UHGV virus genome: UHGV-1407433
DNA from: a virus
DNA: 25,186 nt
Reading direction: 5' to 3' (one strand)
This document shows, in pieces, positions 7,662-17,219 of this stretch. How positions within the stretch are numbered: position 1 is the stretch's first letter; each line of letters opens with the position of its first letter. A program made the translations under genes and the position numbers. The notes under the pieces are model-generated. The model ran no database searches and was not told the origin of the DNA. It saw only the letters and a program-made list of their open reading frames with translations.

Positions 7662-10067
7662 TTACCTGCGATTGGTCGCATTCCAGATAAGCCCACCGGG
7701 CTGGATTGCCCTGGCGATACCATCGTTGACAGATTTGTTAATCACCTGCTGATACGCCTTACCCAGCCTGTCTCCGTCGTTTTGCTGCTGTGCGTTACCG
7801 GAAGCATTCTCGACCGTCACCGGGGCATATACACTGACACCGAAAGGTGCTGCAGCCGGGCCTGTACCACCGCCCCCGACATACCCACCCGTGGCATACC
7901 CTTTCATCATCCGGTAAAGATTGCCGACGCCGATCCGGCTGGTAGCCTCTTTGGTGAAAACAAATTCACCACGGTGAACGACACCTGCAGGTTCATATTT
8001 CCCGCCTGAACCGGTATAACCGCCACCTGCAAATCCCAGCGCGGTTGTCGCTGAATCCACCAGGCCTACCATCGCCTGTTTCAGCAGGATCTGTGTCAGC
8101 ATGGAGAGCGTGGAGCGGGTGAAGTCAGCCCAGTCAGCCTTTCCGCGCGTCAGCATGTCAGCCATATTTTGCCCGATGCCATCAAACGCACTGGTGGCAG
8201 CCGACTTCATCTGGCCATAAGCATCTGAAGCAGAATCAACATAATCTGCCCATGCGGATTTGGCTCCGGACTGCCAGTCGTCCCGCAGCTTATCCTGCTC
8301 GGCGTAATACGCCTGCAGCGCCTGCAGCTCATTCTGATAACCAGCATCGTTCTCCGAACCACCACCATTTTTCCAGCCCTGAAGAAGCTGGGCCTCTTCA
8401 TTGCGACGTTGTGCTGCACGACTGCTCATACCAGCACTTTCCGCAAGGGCTCGGGTTTTCTCGCCGATCTGCGTGACGTATTTTTGGGACGTATCCTGCA
8501 GGCGATTAAGCCGCTCCTGCGCCACTATCTGATCGCCGAGCTTCGCATTCAGCTCCGCACGGGAAAGCACCTCACTTTTACTGGCCAGCAGGGATTTTTC
8601 CTCAGCAGAAAGCGTTCGGGTCTTCGCGGCCTCTTCCAGAACCGTAAAGCGGGACTGCTGACGCCACAGCTCCTGACGCTGCTGGCTGATGGTGTCATTG
8701 ATGCTCTTATGCTCCTGCAGGGTGCGCAGCTGTGTCTGTAGCTCCAGCGTCTGGGCACTGGCCGTATCGGTGGCACGGGCACCTGCGGGGGTTCTGATTG
8801 CCGGGGTCTTCTTCGGCTTTTTAAGGGTGTCTTCGTACTCTTTTTTCGCGGCGGCCAGGTTGATGTTGTAGTCAGCCTGGAGGATCCGCCCCTCTTTCAG
8901 AGCCTTATTGAGCTCGCTCTGCCTGGCCGTGTATTTCTCAAGGGCAGTTTGGGTTTTGGCATAGTTGGCCTGAGCCTGCGCGGCATATTTCTGACGATCG
9001 GACTCTGCGACCGCTTCACGGGAAGCATTCTCTTCGTTCGCTTTGGCAATACCAGCCTGCTGCTGCGCCATATCCAGCGCAAGCCTGGCCGTTTCACGAT
9101 CATTCCAGAACCGGGCGCGGGCCTCATCATTCACATAATGATCGCCTTTACGCAGATTCCAGATTTCATCAGCCTTTTTAAACGCGGCCTGGGCTTTTGC
9201 CACCATCTCCTGGGCGGTGTCAGGTCTGCCAATATCAAGTGCAGCATCCCACATCGACTTGAAGGCACGCTTCAGGGAATCCGCTGAAGACTCAATCGTC
9301 CCCATATTGTCGCGGATGGCCTTGGTCTGATCGTTGAATCCGGCAGTAGCAGCCTGATTAGCCGCCTGCAGTGCGCCAGCCTCATCACCGGCACGCTGCA
9401 GCTGTGCCACATGGGCAATCTGTTCGGCCGTAACGTTGTGGAACTGCTGAGCCATCGCGATCAGGCCTGATGTAGGGTCAGTAGTGAGCTTGCCGTATGC
9501 GGCTGCGACTTTTTCCACCGGCACGCCGGAGGCATCAGTAAATCGCGCCACCGCCTGGCTCATTTCATCAAAGCGCGAACTCGCGCCCACCCCCGCGTTG
9601 ATAAGCTCGCTCAGGGCTTCGCTGGTCTGATTGAACGTCAGCCCCGCTGCCTGGCCGTTTCGTGCCAGCGCCAACATACGATCGGCAGTCAATCCGGCCG
9701 TGTTCCCCGACAGTACCAGCGTTTTGTTGAAGTCAGATAGTGTGGATGAGCCCTGGTACCAGGCATAGAACAGCGCACCCGTTGCGGCGGACAGCGCACC
9801 GATGCCGACCATCAACGGTGAGATCGTACCCAGTAAGGCCCGGAATGTTGGTATTATCCCGCCAAAGGAGTCCTTAACCTGACCGCCCTGCTGAAGCAGA
9901 ATCAGCCATGGGTTCTGCCCGCCCGCTAGCTGCGTAGCTATATCGGTAAACTGCGCCGGAAGCATACGCATTGCTGCGTTATACTGGCCTATTGAAATAT
10001 TCGAGGTATTCAATACGCTGCAGCGCCGACAGCTGGAACAATGTGACGCTGCTGCCGTTACTTTCAA
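7662..10067 (-). CDS. H: Tail tape measure protein H, 5'-truncated by a deletion; no intact native start (probably defective)
   Basis: Extensive similarity to lambda gpH starting at ...ISIGQYNAAMRMLPAQFTD... which corresponds to about residue 60 of lambda H; C-terminal ...YEPAGVVHRGEFVFTKEATSRIGVGNLYRMMKGYATGGYVG... conserved. The first ~23 codons of the track ORF (TTG start) are G-homologous DNA read out of frame. First in-frame ATG is at 9971..9969, 8 nt after the stop of the G remnant. Confidence 0.8.
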   Translation of the reverse strand: MKVTAAASHCSSCRRCSVLNTSNISIGQYNAAMRMLPAQFTDIATQLAGGQNPWLILLQQGGQVKDSFGGIIPTFRALLGTISPLMVGIGALSAATGALFYAWYQGSSTLSDFNKTLVLSGNTAGLTADRMLALARNGQAAGLTFNQTSEALSELINAGVGASSRFDEMSQAVARFTDASGVPVEKVAAAYGKLTTDPTSGLIAMAQQFHNVTAEQIAHVAQLQRAGDEAGALQAANQAATAGFNDQTKAIRDNMGTIESSADSLKRAFKSMWDAALDIGRPDTAQEMVAKAQAAFKKADEIWNLRKGDHYVNDEARARFWNDRETARLALDMAQQQAGIAKANEENASREAVAESDRQKYAAQAQANYAKTQTALEKYTARQSELNKALKEGRILQADYNINLAAAKKEYEDTLKKPKKTPAIRTPAGARATDTASAQTLELQTQLRTLQEHKSINDTISQQRQELWRQQSRFTVLEEAAKTRTLSAEEKSLLASKSEVLSRAELNAKLGDQIVAQERLNRLQDTSQKYVTQIGEKTRALAESAGMSSRAAQRRNEEAQLLQGWKNGGGSENDAGYQNELQALQAYYAEQDKLRDDWQSGAKSAWADYVDSASDAYGQMKSAATSAFDGIGQNMADMLTRGKADWADFTRSTLSMLTQILLKQAMVGLVDSATTALGFAGGGYTGSGGKYEPAGVVHRGEFVFTKEATSRIGVGNLYRMMKGYATGGYVGGGGTGPAAAPFGVSVYAPVTVENASGNAQQQNDGDRLGKAYQQVINKSVNDGIARAIQPGGLIWNATNRR

Positions 10068-10089
10068 GCAGCTCGCTCTTTAGAAACAT
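9979..10089 (-). pseudogene. G: Remnant of tail assembly chaperone G (36 codons); T region absent
   Basis: ATG at 10089..10087 at the expected place after V. Translation MFLKSELLESNGSSVTLFQLSALQRIEYLEYFNRPV* matches lambda gpG (about 140 aa) only over the first ~27 residues, then reads into H-homologous DNA and stops. Confidence 0.7.
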
Positions 10090-10125
10090 AATTACTCCGG
10101 GGGAACGGGGCTTTCGCCCCGGTTA

Positions 10126-10863
10126 TCAGGAAACAGTGACTTTGCAGATCGCCACAAAGTTACCGTCATTGCTCATTACGATGATCTCGACGGTGCCTGC
10201 CGCCACGCCGGTAACAGTCAGGGTATTGCCGCTGACGGTGACCGTTGCTTTTGACGGATCAGAACTGGCTACGCGGAAAGACTTATCTGAAGCACTTGCT
10301 GGCAGGACAGAAACAACCAGTTGCGTCGTGGCCGCGACAGCCACAGCCGCCGTGGATTTATCCAGGCTGATCCCCGTAACGGCAATCGGCGCGGTACCAC
10401 TGTCTTCGGCCAGCGATGGTTTGCCATTGTTGGTGATTTTTGCCGTGCGGGTCATGACCTCTTTAGACGAGATGGTCTTGCCGAGACTGCTCACCCAGCC
10501 CTTAAAGACATCGACAACACCATTCGGATATTTGATTTTATACCCCTTCACGGTGCCTTCATCGAACCAGTTCACCAGGTCCTGCTGACCGGAATCCTCC
10601 GGCATCCATGCGAGCGTCAGGTTTGTTTCACCGGCTGATTTCTGCCCCTGCATCGTTGATGTCCAGTCGGCATTCTCATCATCGATGTAGGTGTCATCTT
10701 CCGATTCAGCTGTCAGTTCTCCGGGCTGCAGGTCTTTAATCTTTGCCAGGCGCAGCCAGTCAACGTCTGAAAGCGGATTGGCGTATGGATCACCAGTTCC
10801 GGTGTAAACCCAGAGGGTGGTACCAGCACCTTTTGTTGGTGCCAGCGGGTTTGGTGTGGCCAT
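10126..10863 (-). CDS. V: Major tail protein V (with C-terminal Ig-like domain)
   Basis: ATG at 10863..10861. 245 aa, ...[26 protein letters not shown]...FKGWVSS... closely resembles lambda gpV. Confidence 0.95.
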   Translation of the reverse strand: MATPNPLAPTKGAGTTLWVYTGTGDPYANPLSDVDWLRLAKIKDLQPGELTAESEDDTYIDDENADWTSTMQGQKSAGETNLTLAWMPEDSGQQDLVNWFDEGTVKGYKIKYPNGVVDVFKGWVSSLGKTISSKEVMTRTAKITNNGKPSLAEDSGTAPIAVTGISLDKSTAAVAVAATTQLVVSVLPASASDKSFRVASSDPSKATVTVSGNTLTVTGVAAGTVEIIVMSNDGNFVAICKVTVS

Positions 10864-10870
10864 AGGGTCC

Positions 10871-11269
10871 TCACATGTCGTAAGTAATGGAATATTTCAG
10901 GTCGGCAGAACTCCACAGCGCCATATCGTCATCGCGCTGGTAGTCATAGCCCTGCTGAACCATTGTGGTGATAAGAGATTCAAGCCCCGGAACCTCTGCG
11001 AGAACCGGATACACTCTCGTCTCCATCCAGTCATCCAGATCAGAATCAGGTACCTGAGCCTCAAGAAAGACTTCGATATGCAGAATGGCCTGCCAGCTAT
11101 CGGCGTCCAGTTCTTCCCCTGTGTATTCCGCATCTGTCAGGTAGACGGCAACAGCGGGAAAATCACCCTCTTCGAGCACTGCAGGTCTGCCGTCAAAATA
11201 AATGACATCAGTACCAATCGCGCTTTCCAGCGCGTCAATAATCACCTTGCGAATATCGCTGTGTTTCAT
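10871..11269 (-). CDS. U: Tail terminator protein U
   Basis: ATG at 11269..11267. 132 aa, ...[31 protein letters not shown]... closely resembles lambda gpU. Overlaps the Z stop. Confidence 0.95.
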   Translation of the reverse strand: MKHSDIRKVIIDALESAIGTDVIYFDGRPAVLEEGDFPAVAVYLTDAEYTGEELDADSWQAILHIEVFLEAQVPDSDLDDWMETRVYPVLAEVPGLESLITTMVQQGYDYQRDDDMALWSSADLKYSITYDM

Positions 11270-11820
11270 CGTGTCAGAATTAACCTGAGTTGGTTGGTAA
11301 GGGATGCCCGGAGCTCTTTGGGCATATCTGACTCCATGAGCTTCGGCAGTTCTTCTTTAAATGCCGTAGTTAATGGAGCTGCCAGCGGGATGCTGACCAC
11401 TTCAATGGGGTAACGAGGTTTTGAAGTCCGCCTCATGACATGCCAGCGACCATTTTTAAGTTGCTGGATAAAGCCGCCCGGAAAACGAAATGGCCCTATG
11501 CGCAGAACGCTGTTGGCCCCTTTCTTGTCCCGTTTTCTGCGGGAAAGTCGCACGCTTGCGGTACCGAGTTTAATGGCCGGTAAATTTCCCCGGTTTACCC
11601 GGATAAGTGCACGAGGTCTATTGACCGTCGCACGCTTCACCCTGGCGCGTTGCTTTACCAGTTTTCGCGGTACGCGCGTATCTTTTGATACGACTGCCAC
11701 GCTGCGGCTGACGGCCCGGTTTGCCACGCGGTTAACGGCCTGCGCCGATGCCCGCGGAACAGCCGTTTTGCTGATGCTGTTAAGGTTTTCTATGGCCTGT
11801 TCAAGGCCTTTTATGGACAT
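11266..11820 (-). CDS. Z: Tail completion protein Z
   Basis: ATG at 11820..11818. 184 aa, basic protein at the lambda Z position between FII and U. Confidence 0.9.
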   Translation of the reverse strand: MSIKGLEQAIENLNSISKTAVPRASAQAVNRVANRAVSRSVAVVSKDTRVPRKLVKQRARVKRATVNRPRALIRVNRGNLPAIKLGTASVRLSRRKRDKKGANSVLRIGPFRFPGGFIQQLKNGRWHVMRRTSKPRYPIEVVSIPLAAPLTTAFKEELPKLMESDMPKELRASLTNQLRLILTR

Positions 11821-11829
11821 ATGCGCTCC

Positions 11830-12183
11830 TTAACGGCGACGCGAAGATGCAGGTGGAGAGCCGTTACCCAGACAGATATGACAGGAGCCACAGTCATCCG
11901 GACCAATACGTTCAACCCAGAATTGCCGACCGTTAATCGTCAGCGTGTCCATACGCTGCAGCTGCCTGACAGTGGCGGTTTCCACAAACAGGGTCGGGCT
12001 GGTTCCTTCAACACGAATCCCGGCACCGGCATATCCGATATTTTCTGGATCATCGAATACACCGACCAGGGTGGCACCTGACAAAGCGCCTGACATCACC
12101 TTTGCCTCTGTGCCCATCACACCACGGATAGCGCTATCAGCTCGCGACATGGCCTCGTCAAAGAGATTATCGAAATCAGCCAT
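11830..12183 (-). CDS. FII: Head-tail joining protein FII
   Basis: ATG at 12183..12181. 117 aa, MADFDNLFD...GVFDDPENIGYAGAGIRVEG... closely resembles lambda gpFII. Confidence 0.95.
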   Translation of the reverse strand: MADFDNLFDEAMSRADSAIRGVMGTEAKVMSGALSGATLVGVFDDPENIGYAGAGIRVEGTSPTLFVETATVRQLQRMDTLTINGRQFWVERIGPDDCGSCHICLGNGSPPASSRRR

Positions 12184-12193
12184 GTGGCCCCCT

Positions 12194-12619
12194 TCAGACT
12201 TCGAAAGCCAGCCCCTTTGCGATCAAGTCGTCGGCATCCTGTTCAGATACGCGGATAATCACACCAGGCTCTACGATAGATACCGGCTCGTTACGCGTGG
12301 CATGCAGAGCGTCAATATGCAGGGTGGCCAGCGTTTCTACTGATACCAGGTCACCCGTTGTGGCCGATTCCGTTTTTACTTTTGCCACGTTAGCAACATT
12401 GTTGTCGGTGCTGTCGGTGCTGTCGGTGCTGTCGGTGCTGTCGGAAGCATTCTGCACGCCGTTTTCACCGTCAACTGACCCGGCATTGCCATCCAGTTCC
12501 TCTTCAAGCTCAGCAATACGCATCGTCAGTTCCTGAATGGTGCCGCTGGTACTGACCTCGCGGTTAAGCTGGGTCCCAAGTTCATTCAGGCGGGCGACCA
12601 GCTTTTCTTTTTCTGTCAT
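12194..12619 (-). CDS. FI: DNA packaging protein FI, with a (STD)4 repeat in the inter-domain linker
   Basis: ATG at 12619..12617 with GGAG upstream (the track ORF adds 12 residues). MTEKEKLVARLNELGTQLNREVS... and ...HIDALHATRNEPV... resemble lambda gpFI. Confidence 0.9.
   Translation of the reverse strand: MTEKEKLVARLNELGTQLNREVSTSGTIQELTMRIAELEEELDGNAGSVDGENGVQNASDSTDSTDSTDSTDNNVANVAKVKTESATTGDLVSVETLATLHIDALHATRNEPVSIVEPGVIIRVSEQDADDLIAKGLAFEV
12408..12443. repeat. Perfect 9-bp x4 tandem repeat (GTGCTGTCG on plus strand) inside FI, encoding (STD)4
   Basis: Seen directly at 12408-12443, with a partial fifth copy at 12401-12407. Lies in the Asp/Ser/Thr-rich linker of FI. Confidence 0.9.
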
Positions 12620-12637
12620 GGGAAATACTCCAGAAAG

Positions 12638-12655
12638 GTGGCCCGACAGGGCCAC
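12638..12655 (-). other. Stem-loop between E and FI (7-bp GC stem, weak U-tract)
   Basis: GTGGCCC-GACA-GGGCCAC at 12638-12655; on the minus strand it is followed by CTTTCTG, about 15 nt before the FI start. Confidence 0.4.
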
Positions 12656-12664
12656 TGGGGGAAG

Positions 12665-13690
12665 TTATGCCAGTTTGACGGAGACGAATGCGTCAGGGTC
12701 TGGCAGCAGCATCAGCGGAGCTGACTGAATCATGGTGAATTCGCGCGCCGGATCCCCCGACTGCACCCAGTTTTTCGGGTAGCGTGTCGAGGCATTGATA
12801 CCTTCGCGCTGGGCATCAGCATCAAGAATGCAGCCATAGGTACGCAGGCCACGAGCCTGGGTATTCCCCAGCACCATTGTCAGGTCCGGCAGATAATTCT
12901 TTTTGACGTCGTTTTCGACGTACTGGCCGGAGTACACCACGATGGCCACATCGCCAAACATCCCCTTGTATGAAACAGCCATACCCAGGTCTTTCACGGC
13001 AGTTTCCAGCTCAGAGTTAGAACCACGACGCGTATCCAGCTTCTTCTCAACAGCCTTGAAGGAACGGAACAGCGCCCAGCCTTTCGGATCGAACACAATG
13101 ATGTTGACCACACCGCTGGCGTTGAGCGCGTAGGCTTCAATGTCATCGGTCGGGTCATACGTTTCTTTGTCGCGGGTTGACCATGCAGCCGCACCGGCCT
13201 GGACAATGTTGTTACCAGCGCTGCGGCCCATATCGACTTCAACAGGCTCGAACGCTTCCCCGGTCATGGTGTATTTACCGCTGAGCACCGCCGAAACAGC
13301 CTGTTTCTCTTCGACCTGAGCAATCGCCAGCTCTTCATCCTTCATGTTCTGAAGGATAATGCGGCGACGGCGATAGACCGGGTCAGCGAGATTCTGCGGA
13401 TCCTCATCCGGCAGGCGGCGGAGAGTCATCAGTGGGTTAACTTCGTGTTTCGGCTTCACATAACCCGGCGTGAATTCAGACGTGCTGCCGCCACGGGAGC
13501 GGATCACTTTGCCGGAGACAATCGGCGAGACGTAAAGCGCCATATTGACCAGGCCAGGAATTTGCGACAGGTAAACCTTCTCTGTACTGAAGGGATAGGT
13601 TTCGCGGAAAAAGATACGCAGGAAAAGCGGATCGAATTTGAATTTCTTCTCATTGACCGCCAGCAGTTGGGCAGTGGTGTAAACGGACAT
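12665..13690 (-). CDS. E: Major capsid protein E
   Basis: ATG at 13690..13688. 341 aa, same length as lambda gpE and very similar throughout (MSVYTTAQLLAVNEKKFKFDPLFLRIFFRE...). Confidence 0.97.
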   Translation of the reverse strand: MSVYTTAQLLAVNEKKFKFDPLFLRIFFRETYPFSTEKVYLSQIPGLVNMALYVSPIVSGKVIRSRGGSTSEFTPGYVKPKHEVNPLMTLRRLPDEDPQNLADPVYRRRRIILQNMKDEELAIAQVEEKQAVSAVLSGKYTMTGEAFEPVEVDMGRSAGNNIVQAGAAAWSTRDKETYDPTDDIEAYALNASGVVNIIVFDPKGWALFRSFKAVEKKLDTRRGSNSELETAVKDLGMAVSYKGMFGDVAIVVYSGQYVENDVKKNYLPDLTMVLGNTQARGLRTYGCILDADAQREGINASTRYPKNWVQSGDPAREFTMIQSAPLMLLPDPDAFVSVKLA

Positions 13691-13702
13691 AGATTTTTCC
13701 CG

Positions 13703-13725
13703 TAAAAAAAGCCGCGCAAGCGGCT
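13703..13725 (-). terminator. Strong intrinsic-terminator-like hairpin between D and E
   Basis: 6-bp stem AGCCGC / GCGGCT with tetraloop (13710-13725); on the minus strand it is followed by seven T (complement of A-run 13703-13709). Confidence 0.55.
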
Positions 13726-13757
13726 TTTATGAATGATGATGGTTGTAGAAATGCGGA

Positions 13758-14090
13758 TTAAACGATGCTGATTGCAGTACCGGCGAACGCGTTACGTTTA
13801 ATGTTGTCGTCGGTGACGGCAGATGGCCAGAGGACATCTTCAATACGGAAAGAGCCAGATTTGTAATATGCCAGTTCCGCGCTGTTCTGGTCTGCGGTTA
13901 CAGCCAGAACGCCCACAGCCTCGCCAGCATGAGTACCATCCCAGGCGGTCAGCTTGCCAGAGGTAGCATCCAGCATGAGCGGTGTCATGGCTGGGGTGGA
14001 TGCCGTCAGTTCGCCTGGACCATACGCGGTGTGCGCCGGGTCGCTGTTACCAAGCGGCTGGGTATGTGTGAAAACTTCGGTAATTACCAT
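13758..14090 (-). CDS. D: Head decoration protein D
   Basis: ATG at 14090..14088. 110 aa, same length as lambda gpD, ...GNSDPAHTA...AMTPLMLD...[10 protein letters not shown]. Confidence 0.96.
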   Translation of the reverse strand: MVITEVFTHTQPLGNSDPAHTAYGPGELTASTPAMTPLMLDATSGKLTAWDGTHAGEAVGVLAVTADQNSAELAYYKSGSFRIEDVLWPSAVTDDNIKRNAFAGTAISIV

Positions 14091-14099
14091 GATTGCCTC

Positions 14100-14513
14100 T
14101 TAAACGGGAGTATTTAACAAATCATCAACGGAATCAGTCGATGCGTTGCCTGCTGATACTGCACCTGGTGCAGCTTCCATCAGGCGATCCAGTGCCGTAT
14201 CGGTACGCGCCTGGGCACTTTGCGGTGCAGCAGCCAGAATGCGCTGTGCGCTCTCGACCGTCATTCCCGGCGTTTCGGCCAGTACGCGAGCCTGTGACTC
14301 TCGCCCTTTCGCCTCTTCGCAGTTCAGGATCCCCATGATGCGACCGTTCTCTGCTGCTACTGCTGCAGAGACCTGAGCACTCACATCTACTGGAGACATT
14401 GCGGCAGTAGTGGTTGCGTCAACCGTGGTGACCTGCTCAGCCGGTGCAGTAGTCTGAGTAGCTGACTGGTCGGCTGGATTATTGGTCGCTGCAGATGCAG
14501 AAGGTGATGGCAT
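14100..14513 (-). CDS. Nu3: Scaffolding protein Nu3, nested in-frame in the 3' end of C (137 aa)
   Basis: Internal in-frame ATG at 14513..14511 preceded by GGAGG at 5-nt spacing inside the C reading frame. Same architecture as lambda C/Nu3. Confidence 0.6.
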   Translation of the reverse strand: MPSPSASAATNNPADQSATQTTAPAEQVTTVDATTTAAMSPVDVSAQVSAAVAAENGRIMGILNCEEAKGRESQARVLAETPGMTVESAQRILAAAPQSAQARTDTALDRLMEAAPGAVSAGNASTDSVDDLLNTPV

Positions 14514-15443
14514 AGTTCCTCCAAGGGTTGTTTTTTTGCGTCTGTCGAGTGCTTCGCGCATCACGCCGAGCGCATCGGTATTGTTAACAAGTTCATCCGC
14601 CAGCCCGTTATCCACGGACTCCTGGCCGGAAAATACTGCCGCTTCGGTGTTCAGTACGTCCTGAACGGACATACCGGTATAAGCGGAAACTTTTTCGGCA
14701 AACATCTGACGGGTGGCATCGATACGCGTCTGGAAATCAGCACGCACATCTTCAGGGAGCTTTTCGTAAGGGTTGCCGTCGACCTTGTGATCTCCGCTGT
14801 AAATCAGCGTGACCTCAACGCCGTTAGTTTTTAGCGCAGCACCATAGTTGCTGTGCGCCATCATTACCCCGATGGAGCCGGTTCTGGCCGTTTGCGTGAC
14901 CAGCCGTCGCGATGCCGAACTAGCAATAAGCTGACCTGCACTGCAGTTCATGTCATTGGCCAGCGCCCAGATGGGTTTGATATCGCGCATACGGGCAATA
15001 ATGTCAGCGCAGTCAAATGCCCCTGACACCATTCCACCCGGCGTATCCATGTCCAGCAGAATGCCGTCGACGCCGGGGTCACTGATGGCCTGCTGCAGGC
15101 GAGCGATGATCCCGTTGTAACCCGTCATCCCGGAATAAGGCTGCAGCGCACGGGTTTTACTCACCAGAGTGCCGGAAACCGGCAAGACCGCGATACCATT
15201 TGCCACCTGATAGCTGCGCGATGGTCGGGGTTCCATGTCATCATCATCACCAAACAGTGCCAGCGGTTCGGCTATTTGTCCGGCATCAAGCGTGATGCCG
15301 GAGACGGTATCTGTCAGCCGGGTGATGCCCAGCTGGCCAGCCAGTGCGCAAAAGAAAACCCGCGCGTAGGCGGGTTCAAGCATCAGCGGCTCATTAAAGG
15401 CCATACTGGCGATATGCGGAAGATTACGCAGCTCGTGCGCCAT
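14100..15443 (-). CDS. C: Head maturation protease C (ClpP/S49-like)
   Basis: ATG at 15443..15441. 447 aa, protease-fold N-terminal two thirds plus an Ala/Thr/Ser-rich scaffold-like C-terminus. Overlaps the 3' end of B as in lambda. Confidence 0.93.
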   Translation of the reverse strand: MAHELRNLPHIASMAFNEPLMLEPAYARVFFCALAGQLGITRLTDTVSGITLDAGQIAEPLALFGDDDDMEPRPSRSYQVANGIAVLPVSGTLVSKTRALQPYSGMTGYNGIIARLQQAISDPGVDGILLDMDTPGGMVSGAFDCADIIARMRDIKPIWALANDMNCSAGQLIASSASRRLVTQTARTGSIGVMMAHSNYGAALKTNGVEVTLIYSGDHKVDGNPYEKLPEDVRADFQTRIDATRQMFAEKVSAYTGMSVQDVLNTEAAVFSGQESVDNGLADELVNNTDALGVMREALDRRKKTTLGGTMPSPSASAATNNPADQSATQTTAPAEQVTTVDATTTAAMSPVDVSAQVSAAVAAENGRIMGILNCEEAKGRESQARVLAETPGMTVESAQRILAAAPQSAQARTDTALDRLMEAAPGAVSAGNASTDSVDDLLNTPV

Positions 15444-17016
15444 CTTGCTCCTCCTCGTTTGATTTTTTCAGTCCAGCCTCAAAAGCGGCAGCGGCCCATC
15501 CCGGTGGTTTCAAACCCGCAGCACGACGCTCCATTGTTTCCCGGACCTGCTGGGCAAAAATCTCCTGATAATCATCACCGCGTTTGGCGCACTCTTTCTC
15601 ATACGTGCTGAGACCAGCCTCAATAAGCATGACGGCTTCCTGCACCTCTTTCAGCCCGTCAATCGCCATCCGGCCAGAGCCAATCCAGCTGGCGTTCCCC
15701 CAGGCTGTTCGAGCCTCCTGGAAACTGAAACGGGCTTTCGAAGGAAGCGTGACCACCCTTCTGGCAATTGCTTCTTCCAGCCAGCAAAGAAACATCTGGC
15801 AGGCCTGTCGGGACGCAACAAACTTGCGACGCCCCATAAAGTACGCCCAGGACTCGTTAGCACTTGCGCGTGCGGTCGAGTAGCTCATCTGCGAATAGTT
15901 TCGCGAAAGCTGCTCATACGACACACCAAGCCCAGCGGCAATATAACGCAGCAGGGACTGTTCAAAAGTCGAGTAGCCGTTATCGGTATCCTGCGCCGAC
16001 TGAAGGTTGAGAGAATCACCCGGCAACAGGTGTGGAACCCTTGCCCCACCCAGGCGAACCGGCGCAGCTGAGTAATAGGACGCCATTTCACCGAGCCAGC
16101 CCGTAAGTTTGCTCTGCTGCTCTTTATTATCCGCGCCGAGAATAAAGTCCATCGCCGATTGGGTATCCAGTTCACTCTCGATGGTAGCGGCATACATAGC
16201 CTTCACTATCGCGCTCTGGAGCTGGGTATTTTGCAGGGTATCGAGCATTTTCATCTGCTCCATCACGCTGTAAAACGCATTAGCCCCACGGGTCTGTCCA
16301 TCCTCCATCGGTTCGAATACATGGATAAACGAGGGGCGGCCACCAGGAAGCTCGCGCGGAATATAGGTCCAGTTCTGTGACATCCAACCGGGATATCCGT
16401 CGTCGCTGACGTAATATCCCAGCGCAGCACCACTATTATTGATTTTTACCCCAGCGCGACAGTTCCGGGTATCACCGATATTGTTTGGATTACTGACGCG
16501 CTTCGGACTGACCATTTTGAACTGAGTACGGAAAAGACGCGTTGAATCGCTGTCCCATGTCGCCTGCATGCATAATTCACCGTTAAACGCATGCATGGCC
16601 ACACCTTCACGGATCATCATCGTAAACGTTCGCTTACGCTCGGCATCAATCCCGCAAAAGTCGTCCTCGGCATACTCATTCCATGCAGCTTCCACATCCC
16701 GCGAGAATGCCCGTGAATCCTCCTCATTTATTCCCAGATAACGCCAGCTTGGTCGATAACTGAGTCTGAAAAATGACCCGACGATGTGGTCCTGGTGGAG
16801 CTGCACGGCGTTTGCCGCGTAGCCATTATTTCGCACCAGATCGTCAGCGCGGGCATTTCCGCGAGAATAGTTGGGTAGGAGTGCGGCATCTGCACTTTCA
16901 CTCGGCGGATTCCAGCCTCGCAGCTGCCCACCAAACCCGCCTCCACCGCCATGATATCCTGCGTATTCCCGAAGGGATGTTTTCCCGTCAGGTCCCACCA
17001 AAGATGGTATTTTCAT
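15424..17016 (-). CDS. B: Portal protein B
   Basis: ATG at 17016..17014, overlapping the W stop. 530 aa, at the lambda B position between W and C. Confidence 0.95.
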   Translation of the reverse strand: MKIPSLVGPDGKTSLREYAGYHGGGGGFGGQLRGWNPPSESADAALLPNYSRGNARADDLVRNNGYAANAVQLHQDHIVGSFFRLSYRPSWRYLGINEEDSRAFSRDVEAAWNEYAEDDFCGIDAERKRTFTMMIREGVAMHAFNGELCMQATWDSDSTRLFRTQFKMVSPKRVSNPNNIGDTRNCRAGVKINNSGAALGYYVSDDGYPGWMSQNWTYIPRELPGGRPSFIHVFEPMEDGQTRGANAFYSVMEQMKMLDTLQNTQLQSAIVKAMYAATIESELDTQSAMDFILGADNKEQQSKLTGWLGEMASYYSAAPVRLGGARVPHLLPGDSLNLQSAQDTDNGYSTFEQSLLRYIAAGLGVSYEQLSRNYSQMSYSTARASANESWAYFMGRRKFVASRQACQMFLCWLEEAIARRVVTLPSKARFSFQEARTAWGNASWIGSGRMAIDGLKEVQEAVMLIEAGLSTYEKECAKRGDDYQEIFAQQVRETMERRAAGLKPPGWAAAAFEAGLKKSNEEEQDGARAA

Positions 17017-17219
17017 ACGTAAAACCCTGCTGGCCCCCGGCGTCGTGATGTGGTGCCAACCTGAGATTCAAGGTCAGCAATATATTTTTTGAGATCGCTG
17101 ACTGAAGTGGCTGTAAATTCCACTCTTCGACCGTCTTTCTGTACCGTCGCCACGCGCTTTCCCATCATCAGGTCATGTAACGCAGCGCGCGCGGCATCCA
17201 GTTCAGTCTGTGTTGCCAT
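17013..17219 (-). CDS. W: Head completion protein W
   Basis: ATG at 17219..17217, overlapping the A stop (TAATG). 68 aa, ...[43 protein letters not shown]...[10 protein letters not shown], near-identical to lambda gpW. Confidence 0.97.
   Translation of the reverse strand: MATQTELDAARAALHDLMMGKRVATVQKDGRRVEFTATSVSDLKKYIADLESQVGTTSRRRGPAGFYV

Noticed and set aside
10095-10121. Hairpin CGGGGC-TTTC-GCCCCG between V and the G remnant as an intrinsic terminator
   Set aside because: On the coding strand it is followed by TTCCCCC, not a U-tract. Better treated as a simple stem-loop.
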